64,000 bases of DNA from Ktedonobacteria bacterium. GTDB lineage: Bacteria; Chloroflexota; Ktedonobacteria; Ktedonobacterales; JACDGC01. The notes below the pieces were generated by a model. The model saw only the letters and a list, made by a program, of their open reading frames with translations, did not search any database and had not been told where the DNA came from. Below, piece after piece: positions 16,640-25,915 of the stretch (its first letter is position 1; each line of letters opens with the position of its first letter). A program made the position numbers and the translations under genes. The stretch lies in assembly GCA_027459785.1 (NCBI GenBank), contig DAIDGU010000087.1:12707-76706 (forward strand), in the 5' to 3' direction.

Positions 16640-18260
16640 TGACTTCTGCTATACTACCGCATAGAGATGGAGCGTTCTCATGGAGGAAGTACTAAGTACT
16701 TGAAATAGTATCCAAACATGTGCTAAGACTTGATGACCATTCTCCGTTGCTTTTCCAGTCGGTTGTACGGCCTGCGGAACTATCGAAAAACCTTGAAGGA
16801 GGCGTTGGCACAAGGTGGAAACAACGATCAAGGCCCACAAGATATGCTTGAACCCAATGCCTGAGCAGGAAGCTTATCTGCGCCGTGCTGCTGGCACGCG
16901 CCGCTTCGTCTACAACTGGGGCTTGGATCAATGGAAACAACACTACGCCGAGTACCAGGCAGGCCAGCGCGCCAGACCGCCAACCGCCTATGATCTCAAA
17001 CAGCAGTTCAATGCCATCCGTGAGCAGGAGTTTCCTTGGACGCATGACGTGACCAAATGTGTCATCGAAGGCGCTTTCGATGACCTGGGCAAAGCTTTCT
17101 CTAATTTTTTTGCTGGACGAGCCAAGTACCCCAACTTCAAGAAGAGGAACAAGAGTCATGAATCCTTCTATATAGCCAATGACAAATTCTCCGTGGGCGA
17201 TCAGTGGGTCACGGTGCCTGTGTTAGGCGATTTCGTGCTCAAAGAGCGCGAATCCAATGGAACACAAACCGAGAAAATCAGGAATCGTAGGAAGTACCAG
17301 CGCAAGCTGGGCAAGGTGAACCTGGCGGAGAAGTTGCGTTTTGTAGTGTCCGATTGTAGCAAGAAGGCGGGTAAGCGCCGGCAGGAACGCAAGAAGGTCT
17401 CCTCTCCCTCGGTCAAGATTGTGGTCGCAACCATCGGGAAGTCGGGGGGATACTGGTACATCAGTATTCAGGTTGCTATCCCACGAGTCCCTGTGGTCAA
17501 CACTCAACCGGCGTTAGGCATGGATGTGGGGATCAAAGAATCAGCCATCGTCAGTGATGGGAGGCGGTTTGAGAACCAAAAACCGTTGAGCAAATACCTA
17601 ACGAAGCTGAAGCGCCTCAACCGCGACCTGAGCCGCAAACAATATGACCCCGACACCAAACAAGGCAGCAAGAACCGGGAAGAAATCAAGCTCAAGCTGG
17701 CTCGCCTGCATGGGCAGATTGCTCACATCCGTGAGGATACCCACCACAAGCTCACCACCGCGATAGCGCGCACGTGCAGTGTGGTGGGCATCGAAGACCT
17801 GCATGTAAAGGGGCTGGTCAAGAACCGCAAGCTGGCCAGGGCAATGGCGGATGCCGGGCTGGGGCAGGTATTGCGCTTCTTGGAGACCAAGATGCAGGCA
17901 GCGGGCGGAGTAGCCGTCTTGGTGGATCGCTTCTTTCCATCGACCAAGACCTGCTCGCAGTGTGGGCATGTCAAGAAGCGCATGCCCTTGAAGTACCGCA
18001 CGTTCATTTGTATGAAGTGTGGGGTGATGATCGACCGCGATTTAAATGCAGCGATCAATCTGGAACGTGAGGCACGGCGTATCGTACGAGACGTGCTGCA
18101 CCTTCCCGTCCCGGACAGTGGCTCAGGCCGGACGTAAAACTGCCTGTGGAGACCTGGTGAGACCGAAACCGAGAGCTGATCACGAAGGCGCGGTGCGATG
18201 GCAAGGGTCGGTGAAGCAGGAACAACGAAATTTGCCTGCATGCTGTAAACATGTGGGTAT
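16640..18260 (+). mobile_element. Standalone tnpB element (IS200/IS605-superfamily, IS1341-like; no tnpA); boundaries approximate
   Basis: Visibly lower-GC block inserted between kinase stop (16607) and Roadblock start (18284); carries only tnpB; AGTACT-containing near-palindrome at about 16686-16702 near the left end. Confidence 0.6.
16815..18137 (+). CDS. tnpB: TnpB (RNA-guided RuvC-like endonuclease, IS605 OrfB family)
   Basis: 'GMDVGIKESAIV' (RuvC-I D), 'VVGIEDLHVKGL' (RuvC-II E), Zn finger 'CSQCGH..17..CMKCG', 'DRDLNAAINL' (RuvC-III D); GAAGGAGG upstream of GTG. Confidence 0.9.
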   Translation: METTIKAHKICLNPMPEQEAYLRRAAGTRRFVYNWGLDQWKQHYAEYQAGQRARPPTAYDLKQQFNAIREQEFPWTHDVTKCVIEGAFDDLGKAFSNFFAGRAKYPNFKKRNKSHESFYIANDKFSVGDQWVTVPVLGDFVLKERESNGTQTEKIRNRRKYQRKLGKVNLAEKLRFVVSDCSKKAGKRRQERKKVSSPSVKIVVATIGKSGGYWYISIQVAIPRVPVVNTQPALGMDVGIKESAIVSDGRRFENQKPLSKYLTKLKRLNRDLSRKQYDPDTKQGSKNREEIKLKLARLHGQIAHIREDTHHKLTTAIARTCSVVGIEDLHVKGLVKNRKLARAMADAGLGQVLRFLETKMQAAGGVAVLVDRFFPSTKTCSQCGHVKKRMPLKYRTFICMKCGVMIDRDLNAAINLEREARRIVRDVLHLPVPDSGSGRT

Positions 18261-18283
18261 CAAGATCGGAGCAGAATCCGGTG

Positions 18284-18799
18284 ATGGCGGGAGACGTAGT
18301 GGGCAACGCGCCGCAACTGGACGTGATTCGCGCCCGCGTGGCCGCCTTCGCGGCGGAGGCGCAGGCGCGGCAGGTGGTGTTGCTGGAAATGAGTGGTCAC
18401 GTGCTGGCGGCGGCGGGTGCGGCGTGGCAAGACGATGTGGCGCTGGGCGCGCTGCTGGCTGGCCTCTTCGGCTCCGCGCGGGCGCTCGCTGCTATCTTCG
18501 GCGAAGCCGATTTTCGCGCCTTCTTCCAGCAAGGCAACGCAGTGAGCATCTATACGTTGCTTATCAGCGACCGCTGGCTGCTCGTCACCGTCTTTGACCG
18601 GCAGAGCCAGGTGGGCATGGTGCGCATGCTGGCGACCCAGGCGGCAACGGCGTTGGGCGACGACCTCGCGCGGCTGGCGACAGCGGATGTCACGGCGGTG
18701 CGGGCGACGATCCACAGCCAGGCATTTCGCGCCAGCTTCGACGACACCCTGGAGCGGCTATTTCAGGATGAACCCCAGACGGCGAATGAGGAGCGGTGA
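18284..18799 (+). CDS. Roadblock/LC7-domain protein (MglB-like)
   Basis: Within ORF 18251..18799; 'VVLLEMSGHVLAAAG...ALGALLAGLFGSARALA...LLVTVFD' typical Roadblock pattern; immediately upstream of the MglA-like gene. Confidence 0.75.
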   Translation: MAGDVVGNAPQLDVIRARVAAFAAEAQARQVVLLEMSGHVLAAAGAAWQDDVALGALLAGLFGSARALAAIFGEADFRAFFQQGNAVSIYTLLISDRWLLVTVFDRQSQVGMVRMLATQAATALGDDLARLATADVTAVRATIHSQAFRASFDDTLERLFQDEPQTANEER

Positions 18800-18803
18800 T
18801 CGT

Positions 18804-19379
18804 ATGGCGCTCATCAATACGGCGGGCCGCGAGATCCAATGCAAGCTGGTCTATTATGGCATCGGCCAGAGCGGCAAAACCAGCAACGTGCAATATGTCT
18901 ATCAGCACTCGCCGGAAGAGTCGCGCGGGCAGTTTTTGTCCGTCGCCACCGAGCAAGAGATGACGCTCTTCTTCGACTTCCTGCCGCTGGATTTCGGCAT
19001 GGTGCATGGCTTCCACGTTCGCTTCCACCTCTACACCGTGCCGGGGCAGATCCGCTATGAACGCACTCGCCAGGCCGTGCTTGAAGGTGCGGACGGCGTG
19101 GTCTTCGTCGCGGATTCGCGGCGCGATCGTCTCGAAGAAAACTATGGTGGCTTGATCGAATTGGAAGCGAATATGCATGCACAGGGCAAAGATATGGCTG
19201 AGTTCCCGCTCGTTTTGCAATGGAACAAGCGCGACCTGCCCGACGCGCTCGCCACGCCGGTGCTGGAACGCTACCTGAATCGGCGCGGGCTGCCCAGCTT
19301 CGAGGCGGCGGCCATCCAGGGTGTGGGCGTTTTCCCGACCTTGCGCGCAATCTGTCGGCTGATCATGGCACGATTGTAG
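18804..19379 (+). CDS. MglA-family small Ras-like GTPase
   Basis: Within ORF 18594..19379; P-loop 'GIGQSGKTS', MglA-type G3 'YTVPGQ', G4 'WNKRD'; GAGGAG before ATG 18804. Confidence 0.88.
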   Translation: MALINTAGREIQCKLVYYGIGQSGKTSNVQYVYQHSPEESRGQFLSVATEQEMTLFFDFLPLDFGMVHGFHVRFHLYTVPGQIRYERTRQAVLEGADGVVFVADSRRDRLEENYGGLIELEANMHAQGKDMAEFPLVLQWNKRDLPDALATPVLERYLNRRGLPSFEAAAIQGVGVFPTLRAICRLIMARL

Positions 19380-19385
19380 GATTGT

Positions 19386-20246
19386 ATGATCGAGGGTTTG
19401 TTGCAGGAGATCCCGCTGGCGGAAGTGATCCAGTTGATCGCCATCAACGCGGCGACGGGGGATCTGGAACTGGTGCCGCTCTTTCCGGCGCACCAGCCGC
19501 GCGACCGCATGCCCGTCGGTCATCTCTATTTCCGCGAAGGCCATCCCCACGCGGCGTTTTTAGGCGATCGCGCCCGCGAGCCGGCGGTGGAAAATATGTT
19601 TCTATGGGAGGCGGGGGTGTTCGCCTTCGCGCCGCGCGCCGCCCATGACCTGCCGCCCGCCAACCTGAGCATGGAGTCGCACACGCTGATCCTCCAGGGC
19701 ATCACGCGGCAAGATCGCTGGCACCGCGCCTGTGAACTCGTGCCAACCGTGCATACCGTCTTGCAGCGCGCCACGCCGGCGCTGCCCGCGCTGCCGCCCC
19801 CAGGCCACACGACGGAAGCGCAGATCCTGGCGCAGTGCGACGGCCAGGCGTCGCTGGCGGCGCTTGCCACGCGGGTCGGGATCGGGCGGTTGCGCGCCCG
19901 CGAGGATGCGGCGAAGCTGCTGCGCGCGGGTTTCGTCGCGCCGGTGCCACCCAGCGCCGGTGAACGGCTGGTGCGCCTGGTGGTGGCGTCGGCCTATCCC
20001 TCGCTGGGCGTGGCGGCGGAACTGTTTTGCGATGACGCGCTGCGCGCCGCTGGCATGCCGCCGGAGTTCCTGGCGCGCGTGACCACGCTGTCGGTCGCCG
20101 CCGTGGCCCAGGTGGTCGCGGCCATCGAAACCGGTGTGGCGGCGGTGCTGGGACCGCAGCGGGCGAGCGATCTGGCCGAACGTTTGCGGCTGGACCTGGG
20201 CATCAGTGGCTATGTGTCCAACGGGAGGGACGTGCAGCATGTCTGA
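19386..20246 (+). CDS. DUF4388 (PATAN-type) domain protein
   Basis: 'GLLQEIPLAEVIQLIAINAATGDLEL' matches the DUF4388 N-terminal signature as I remember it; 6 nt after the GTPase stop. Confidence 0.65.
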   Translation: MIEGLLQEIPLAEVIQLIAINAATGDLELVPLFPAHQPRDRMPVGHLYFREGHPHAAFLGDRAREPAVENMFLWEAGVFAFAPRAAHDLPPANLSMESHTLILQGITRQDRWHRACELVPTVHTVLQRATPALPALPPPGHTTEAQILAQCDGQASLAALATRVGIGRLRAREDAAKLLRAGFVAPVPPSAGERLVRLVVASAYPSLGVAAELFCDDALRAAGMPPEFLARVTTLSVAAVAQVVAAIETGVAAVLGPQRASDLAERLRLDLGISGYVSNGRDVQHV

Positions 20247-21090
20247 GGCGGAGGCCGATCTGACGGCGGGGCATTACCTGCCCTCCGGTGAATTTGTGAT
20301 GCGCGCGGACGTGCGCGCCTATGAGCCGGGGGCGAACGGGCGGCTGGGGCCGGGCAATCTGCTGCGCTACTGCGAGTTGGTGGCAAATGTCGCGTCCGCC
20401 GCCGCCGGCTTCAGTCCGGCATGGTATGCGGCGCGGAGCGAGGGTTGGGTGATCTTCCGCCAGACCATTGAATTGAATGCGCCGGTCGGCATCGGCCAAC
20501 CGTTGGACCTGATGACGTGGGTCCACAACTTCTCGCGGGTGGCTTCGCTGCGCTGCTATCGCGTGACCAACGCCACGACGGGGGCCGTCGTCGCCCGCAC
20601 AGCCACCACCTGGGCCTATGTAGACCGCCAGCGCCAGATGCCGCGCCGCATTCCGCCAGAGGTGCAAGCGCGCATTCCGCTGGTAAACCGCGAGCCGCTG
20701 CCGCCGCGCCCGCAATGGGAGGCATGGGAAAGCCACGCCGCGCCCGATCTGCCCCCGACGCAGGTGGAATGGTGGGCGCGTGGCTACGAGGCCGATTCGC
20801 TCAAGCATGTCAACAACTGCGTCTATGCCGACTGGCTCAGTGAAGCGGCGCGGCTGGCCTTCGCCCAGTGGGCCGCGCGTGATCCGCGCTTCCAGTCCCC
20901 GCCCCTCATCCGCCGCCTGACCCTCAATTACCAGCGGTCGGCGCTGCCAGGCGATGGCGTCTCGATCTCCACCACACCGGAACGCATCGGGCGGCGCGGC
21001 ATCGTCCTCAACCATACCATCACCGCGCGCGACGACCCGGCCATGGCCATCATGACGGCGACGGCCTGGTATCTTTTTGCGCAGCCATGA
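20239..21090 (+). CDS. Tandem hotdog-fold thioesterase (acyl-ACP thioesterase-like)
   Basis: Within ORF 20134..21090; two hotdog-like halves ('GWVIFRQTIELNAPV...', 'NNCVYADWLSEAA...'); ATG 20239 overlaps previous stop (ATGTCTGA), GGGAGGGA upstream. Confidence 0.65.
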   Translation: MSEAEADLTAGHYLPSGEFVMRADVRAYEPGANGRLGPGNLLRYCELVANVASAAAGFSPAWYAARSEGWVIFRQTIELNAPVGIGQPLDLMTWVHNFSRVASLRCYRVTNATTGAVVARTATTWAYVDRQRQMPRRIPPEVQARIPLVNREPLPPRPQWEAWESHAAPDLPPTQVEWWARGYEADSLKHVNNCVYADWLSEAARLAFAQWAARDPRFQSPPLIRRLTLNYQRSALPGDGVSISTTPERIGRRGIVLNHTITARDDPAMAIMTATAWYLFAQP

Positions 21091-21130
21091 AGCTTGCTGG
21101 TTAATGGAATATCAGCGCGCCACCGCGCTT

Positions 21131-23428
21131 TTACCGTTGCGCCGGCAACTTCCCCGTCGCTTCCCCTTCTGCAATGGGGAGGGAGGTGGCGGGCGGGGTT
21201 ATGTGCGCCAGTGGTGACGGCCACCAGTTGGCGCGGCCCAGCAGCGCCACCACAGAGGGGACGAGCAGCGTGCGCACCAGGAATGTATCCAGCAGGACGC
21301 CGATGCCGATGCTGATGCCGAGTTGATGGATTTGATCCGAGTTGCCCGCCAGCCCGGCGATCAAGAACGTGGCGGCGAGGATCAGGCCGGCGGAGGTGAC
21401 GGTGGTGCCGGTGGCGTTGAGCGCCACGGCGACGGCCTCGCGCAGCGGGCGATGGTGCGCTTCCTCGCGGATGCGGCTCATCACCAGAATGTTATAGTCC
21501 TCGCCCAGCGCCATCAGGAAGATGAACATCAGGAACGGCAGCACGAAGTTCAGCCCGCCAGTGTTGCCGAGGATCTGGAAGATCAGCACTGCCAGGCCGA
21601 GCGAGGTGGCGAAGGAGAGCGCCACGCTGGCGACGAGGTAGAGCGGCGCGACCAGGCTGCGCATCACGATGGCCAACAGCAGCGCGATCAGCACCAGCAC
21701 AATCGGCACGATATGCGTCAGATCGCTATCCGAGGCGTGGCTCACGTCGTAGGAAGAGGCGGCGCGGCCCAGCACGCCGCTGTCCGTCGCCCCGACCTGC
21801 TGGGCGATGTTCGTCACCGCCGCGCGGATCGCCGGCACCGCGTTCAACGCCGCCGTGCTGGTGGGATCGCCCGCCGCGAGCGTGGTGTAATATTGTACCG
21901 TGCGCCCGTCGGCGCTGATAAACTGCGCCTCCGCGCGATAGAGCCGATATGCCTGGGCCGGCACGGGGCTGCCCGCCGGCGGGGTGGGCGCGAGGTTCTG
22001 CGGCGGACCGAGGTAGCCGTAGAGCTTGGCGAGCTGTGCGGGCGGGATGGCCGTGCCGTTGAGGTTCAACGCGCCATTCACCGACGTGAAAACGCTGTTG
22101 GCACTCAATTGCTGTTCCGCCTGTTGCACCGTCGTCAAATGGCCCCAGACGGAAGCGGGGAAGGTCAGCACGATGGTCGTAGGGTTGGCCACAGCGGCGG
22201 GGAAGTGCGCATTCAACGCAGCACTGCCAGCGGCGGATGCGCTGCCGGCGGGGCCGGTGGTCGTGCCAGCGAAGCCGGCGGGAGCGTATTGCAGCGCGAA
22301 GAGCGCCACCCCACTGAATAGCACCAAGCCGCTGACCAGCGTGATCACGGGATGGGCCACGACCTGCGCCGAGAGTTTGCTCCACGCGCCGGCCCGCACC
22401 TCGCCCGCTTTGATCGGCACCGGCCAGAAGGTCGCACGCCCGGCGACGGCCAACAGCGCCGGCAACAGCGTCAGCGCCGCCAGCAACATCAGCGCGATGC
22501 CGATGGCCAGCCCCGGCCCCAGCCCTTTATAGATACCGAACGTCGCCAGCACCAGGCTCAGCAGCGCGCCGATGACCGTGCCGGCGGAGAACGTGATCGA
22601 TTCGCCGACGCGCGCCACCGCGCGCACCACCGCCTCTTGCGGTTCATAGCCGCGCTGCATCTCCTCGCGCATGCGCAGGGTCAGGAAGAGGCCGTAGTCC
22701 GTTCCCGCGCCCAGCACCAGCACCGTCAGGATGATCTGCGTCACCGACGACACCTGCAAGCCTGCCGTCGAGGCTTCGGCGATGATCGGTCCGGCGAGCG
22801 CCAGCGCCAGCCCGGCGGGGATGAGCGTCAGCAGCGGCGCGAGGATCGCGCGATACACGATGAAGAGCATCACCAGGATCGCCAGGTAGGAGAATACCTG
22901 CGTCAGACGTTGCGCTTGCTTGGTGGCCTGTTGGTTATCAACATTGGTGGCGACGGCCCCGGTGATAGCGACGCTTAGCCCCGGCGGCAGCGCCTGCGCC
23001 GCGACCGCGCCCCGGATGTCGCCGACGACCGTGCTGGCAACGGGATTGTTGGCGAGGATGTCCAGCGCGATCTGCGCTTTGTGCGCCTGGCCGTCCTTCG
23101 AATCACCCTGATCAGCGACGCCGGTGACGTGAGGCACGCCCTTGATCGCCGCTTCTGTCGCAAGGATCGCCGTCTCATCCGCCGTCGTCAACGGACCGCT
23201 GGCGCGCACGGCGATGAGCGTGGCGGACGATTTGCCCGCCGGTAGCAATGGCGCGGCCAGGTTCTGCGCATGGATGCTGGGCGCGGAATCGGGCAGGAAC
23301 GCGCTGGTATCGCTGTTTGCGACGCTGCCCAGCGAGGGCAAGAGCTTGACACACGCGACCGTGACGACCACCCACAGGATGATCATAGGATACCGGAACC
23401 GCACGGCGAAACGACCGAGCGCCATCAT
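21131..23428 (-). CDS. MMPL-family (RND superfamily) membrane transporter
   Basis: Within ORF 21131..23467; two 6-TM bundles with large loops, 'GTDYGLFL' and 'GEDYNILVMSRIREE' MMPL motifs; ATG 23428 after GGAGGAG. Confidence 0.9.
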   Translation of the reverse strand: MMALGRFAVRFRYPMIILWVVVTVACVKLLPSLGSVANSDTSAFLPDSAPSIHAQNLAAPLLPAGKSSATLIAVRASGPLTTADETAILATEAAIKGVPHVTGVADQGDSKDGQAHKAQIALDILANNPVASTVVGDIRGAVAAQALPPGLSVAITGAVATNVDNQQATKQAQRLTQVFSYLAILVMLFIVYRAILAPLLTLIPAGLALALAGPIIAEASTAGLQVSSVTQIILTVLVLGAGTDYGLFLTLRMREEMQRGYEPQEAVVRAVARVGESITFSAGTVIGALLSLVLATFGIYKGLGPGLAIGIALMLLAALTLLPALLAVAGRATFWPVPIKAGEVRAGAWSKLSAQVVAHPVITLVSGLVLFSGVALFALQYAPAGFAGTTTGPAGSASAAGSAALNAHFPAAVANPTTIVLTFPASVWGHLTTVQQAEQQLSANSVFTSVNGALNLNGTAIPPAQLAKLYGYLGPPQNLAPTPPAGSPVPAQAYRLYRAEAQFISADGRTVQYYTTLAAGDPTSTAALNAVPAIRAAVTNIAQQVGATDSGVLGRAASSYDVSHASDSDLTHIVPIVLVLIALLLAIVMRSLVAPLYLVASVALSFATSLGLAVLIFQILGNTGGLNFVLPFLMFIFLMALGEDYNILVMSRIREEAHHRPLREAVAVALNATGTTVTSAGLILAATFLIAGLAGNSDQIHQLGISIGIGVLLDTFLVRTLLVPSVVALLGRANWWPSPLAHITPPATSLPIAEGEATGKLPAQR

Positions 23429-23626
23429 GCTTGTATCTCCTCCGCGCCAGCCGAGCGTTGCCAACAACTAGCGAGCGCACTTGTTATGAATCACTGTATC
23501 TCATAATACGGCATGCGGCAAGCGTTGTACATCCGGCGTGAGGGCAAAAACCTTTGCCCGAAAGGGTAAAGATTATGTGCTTGCAGAGGTCACTGTGCGA
23601 AAAATCCGCCAGCGGTCCTTGTTATT

Positions 23627-25102
23627 TTATGGGATGGGCGCGGTAGCAATCTGCTTGCCGCCCTGCACATTCGACGTAAAAGCCCACAAGCTGCCACCAC
23701 CTTGCGTGTAAACCATGATGCTTTCCATCGGCGCGGGCAATGGTCCCAGATCTGCCCAACGTGTCGCATTGGGAGCCAGGCGATAGATATCGATCTGGGT
23801 GGCAACTGCTTGTGCGTACAGCGTGCCATCGTTGCCGACAGCGATGGGATCAACCCCGCCGCCTTGGTCCAATGTGAGCGGCCACTCGACCCAGGATTTC
23901 CCCATTGTGTCACTGCAAATGAAAGCAAGAGTGGTCTGTGAGCTATAGGCCAGGGTCGTGCCACAGAAGCGCCACTGCCCCTGCTGGCCGATGGGGGTGA
24001 GATCGGTGATCGCGGTTGGTGCGGCGAAATGCTGCCACTGTTGTCCCCCATCTTGCGTTACCCAGACATGGTACGTAGGAGGTGTCGTGGTACTGGTGGT
24101 CGTGACGGCAATGGCCCCATTCGCGGGATTGAGTTGGAAGTCAGCGATAGGCTCAGTGATGCTGCGATCAATGGCCTGCCAGGTATGCATGTGGTCGCGG
24201 CTCACGACGAGATGATTGGCGTTAATTGCGTAGAAACTCCCCTGCCAGGACGCGAAGTGGCCGTAGAAATGATGATAGGTTGGATCGCCTAACCCATGTG
24301 GTGTCCATGATCCACCGCCATTGAAGGAGATCAAGTTACCAACGATAACGACGTTGGGATCATCATCATCCACAACGATATTGTCACATTCTCCTGTCAG
24401 ACCAGCAGGATCGGTTGTGCTCGCCCAATGTGCGCCGCGATCATACGTAACGATCACACGCGATGTTTGCCCAGGAACCAATCCCAGGCTGTTGCAGGCA
24501 TAGGCAATAGCAGGATCGCTGGGTGCGACTCCAAAGCTGGGGGTATTCGCATCCCAGGTAGCAAAATTTGTTGGTAGAGTATAAACCTGCCAGGTGGGAT
24601 GCGGCCCTGTGAGCGGCAGACCTGAGAGGGTGATGATCCGGATCGGGATTGCAATAGGCGTGGCAGTGGGCGTCGTAACAGGCGTCGGCGCATCGGTGGC
24701 CGTAACCGCAACGTTGGTCGGCATGCCGCTGGAGATCGTGGTGCTAGGATGCCTGCCACCGGCACGGGGCAGCCGAGGGACGACAAGCAGCAGCGCCACC
24801 AACAGGGCGAGGGTTATCCCCGCGCCCAACCAGACTTCGCGCGCTGGGAGGGAGCGGCGCGGCTGGCGCGCGTGTTCGCGGAGGACGCTGTGCCACAGCG
24901 CATCCACCATGTCTGGCGGGCGGGGTTGGCGCAAGGCACGGCCAAGCAAGTCATCCTCCGCCATGCGGGCGCGACAGGCGGGGCAGTTCATGGCATGCGC
25001 GCGCAGGCGCGCGGCCTCGGCGGCAGGCAGCATGTCGTCGCGCAGGGCGGCCAGTTGTTCCGGCGTGACGGATAGCGAGCAGGCGTGCTGTCTGGTCGTC
25101 AT
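23627..25102 (-). CDS. Anti-sigma factor (zf-HC2) with TM helix and extracytoplasmic BNR/Asp-box repeat domain
   Basis: 'HAMNCPACRARM' zf-HC2; TM 'LGAGITLALLVALLLVV'; Asp-box-like 'YDRGAHW', 'NGGGSW', 'QDGGQQW', 'SDTMGKSW'; ATGA overlap with the sigma gene. Confidence 0.8.
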   Translation of the reverse strand: MTTRQHACSLSVTPEQLAALRDDMLPAAEAARLRAHAMNCPACRARMAEDDLLGRALRQPRPPDMVDALWHSVLREHARQPRRSLPAREVWLGAGITLALLVALLLVVPRLPRAGGRHPSTTISSGMPTNVAVTATDAPTPVTTPTATPIAIPIRIITLSGLPLTGPHPTWQVYTLPTNFATWDANTPSFGVAPSDPAIAYACNSLGLVPGQTSRVIVTYDRGAHWASTTDPAGLTGECDNIVVDDDDPNVVIVGNLISFNGGGSWTPHGLGDPTYHHFYGHFASWQGSFYAINANHLVVSRDHMHTWQAIDRSITEPIADFQLNPANGAIAVTTTSTTTPPTYHVWVTQDGGQQWQHFAAPTAITDLTPIGQQGQWRFCGTTLAYSSQTTLAFICSDTMGKSWVEWPLTLDQGGGVDPIAVGNDGTLYAQAVATQIDIYRLAPNATRWADLGPLPAPMESIMVYTQGGGSLWAFTSNVQGGKQIATAPIP

Positions 25103-25731
25103 GCCGATTCCTCCTGGCGCAGATATGCCGCGCGAAACTGCTCGCGGGCGCGAAAAAGAGCCGTTTTGGCGGCGATGGGTGACAGCCCGACCACCTGGCC
25201 GACCTCAGCGCAACTCAGGCCGTAGACCTCGCGCAAGATCAACAGCGCACGGGCGCGCGGCGGCAGCACGCGCAACGCCTGGCGGACGTGGTCGTCCTCC
25301 ACCAGCCGCTGCGCGGGATCGCTGCGGCCCGGATCGGTCAGGTCATCCAGCACGAGGGGCGTGCCGATGGGTGATGCCTGGCGGCGCAGCGCGTTCAGCG
25401 CCAGATTCGTCGCCACGCGAAAGAGCCATGCGCCCGGCTGGGGATACGCGCTGATCTGCGCGAAGTGTTGCCAGGCGCGCAGAAACGTCTCCTGGCTGAG
25501 ATCGAATGCTGTCTGCTGATCGCCCGTCATGCGCCACAGATAGCTGGTGATGCGCGACGCATAGGTGGTAAAGAACTCCTCGAAGCGTGCTTGCGTGGCA
25601 TCGCTGGCCTGTGCGCTTGCGCGCGGCGTAGCCTGGGTGGGATCTGACGGGTCACGTGATATCGTTGCCAGCAAACGTGCCAATACGTCGCGAGGCAAAG
25701 GGCGATTGGGGGCAAGTGTCCACCATATCAT
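25099..25731 (-). CDS. ECF-type RNA polymerase sigma-70 factor
   Basis: Within ORF 25099..25785; region 2 'DLSQETFLRAWQHF', region 4 'LILREVYGLSCAEVGQVVGLSPIAAKTALFRAR'; ATG 25731 after GGAGGAG. Confidence 0.88.
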   Translation of the reverse strand: MIWWTLAPNRPLPRDVLARLLATISRDPSDPTQATPRASAQASDATQARFEEFFTTYASRITSYLWRMTGDQQTAFDLSQETFLRAWQHFAQISAYPQPGAWLFRVATNLALNALRRQASPIGTPLVLDDLTDPGRSDPAQRLVEDDHVRQALRVLPPRARALLILREVYGLSCAEVGQVVGLSPIAAKTALFRAREQFRAAYLRQEESA

Positions 25732-25915
25732 TGACTGCTCCTCCGGTGTCACTGGGAATAATGATACAGAAAACCTGCGTCGCAATCAATACCTATGAGC
25801 CATAGCGAAGGTTACATGTTCCTACGCTGATTGGTGGGCATCACCCATGTTTGATGACTGTGATACGATGGGCATAATCCCATAGCGACAGAAACGATAG
25901 ACGGAGGATTTTCTT

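Noticed and set aside
21323-22978. 332-aa and 208-aa ORFs on the plus strand
   Set aside because: They lie antisense to the MMPL transporter gene. The translations are extremely Arg/Gly/Asp/Gln-rich, so these are shadow ORFs.
23542-23559. Hairpin GGGCAAA-aacc-TTTGCCC as a terminator between the anti-sigma and MMPL genes
   Set aside because: No U tract follows on either strand, so it may be just a stem-loop. Not called.
25796-25822. ECF-type autoregulatory promoter (GGAAC on the minus strand at 25822-25818)
   Set aside because: The sequence 17 nt downstream is GCTCAT rather than a CGTC-like ECF -10. A single pentamer is not enough evidence.
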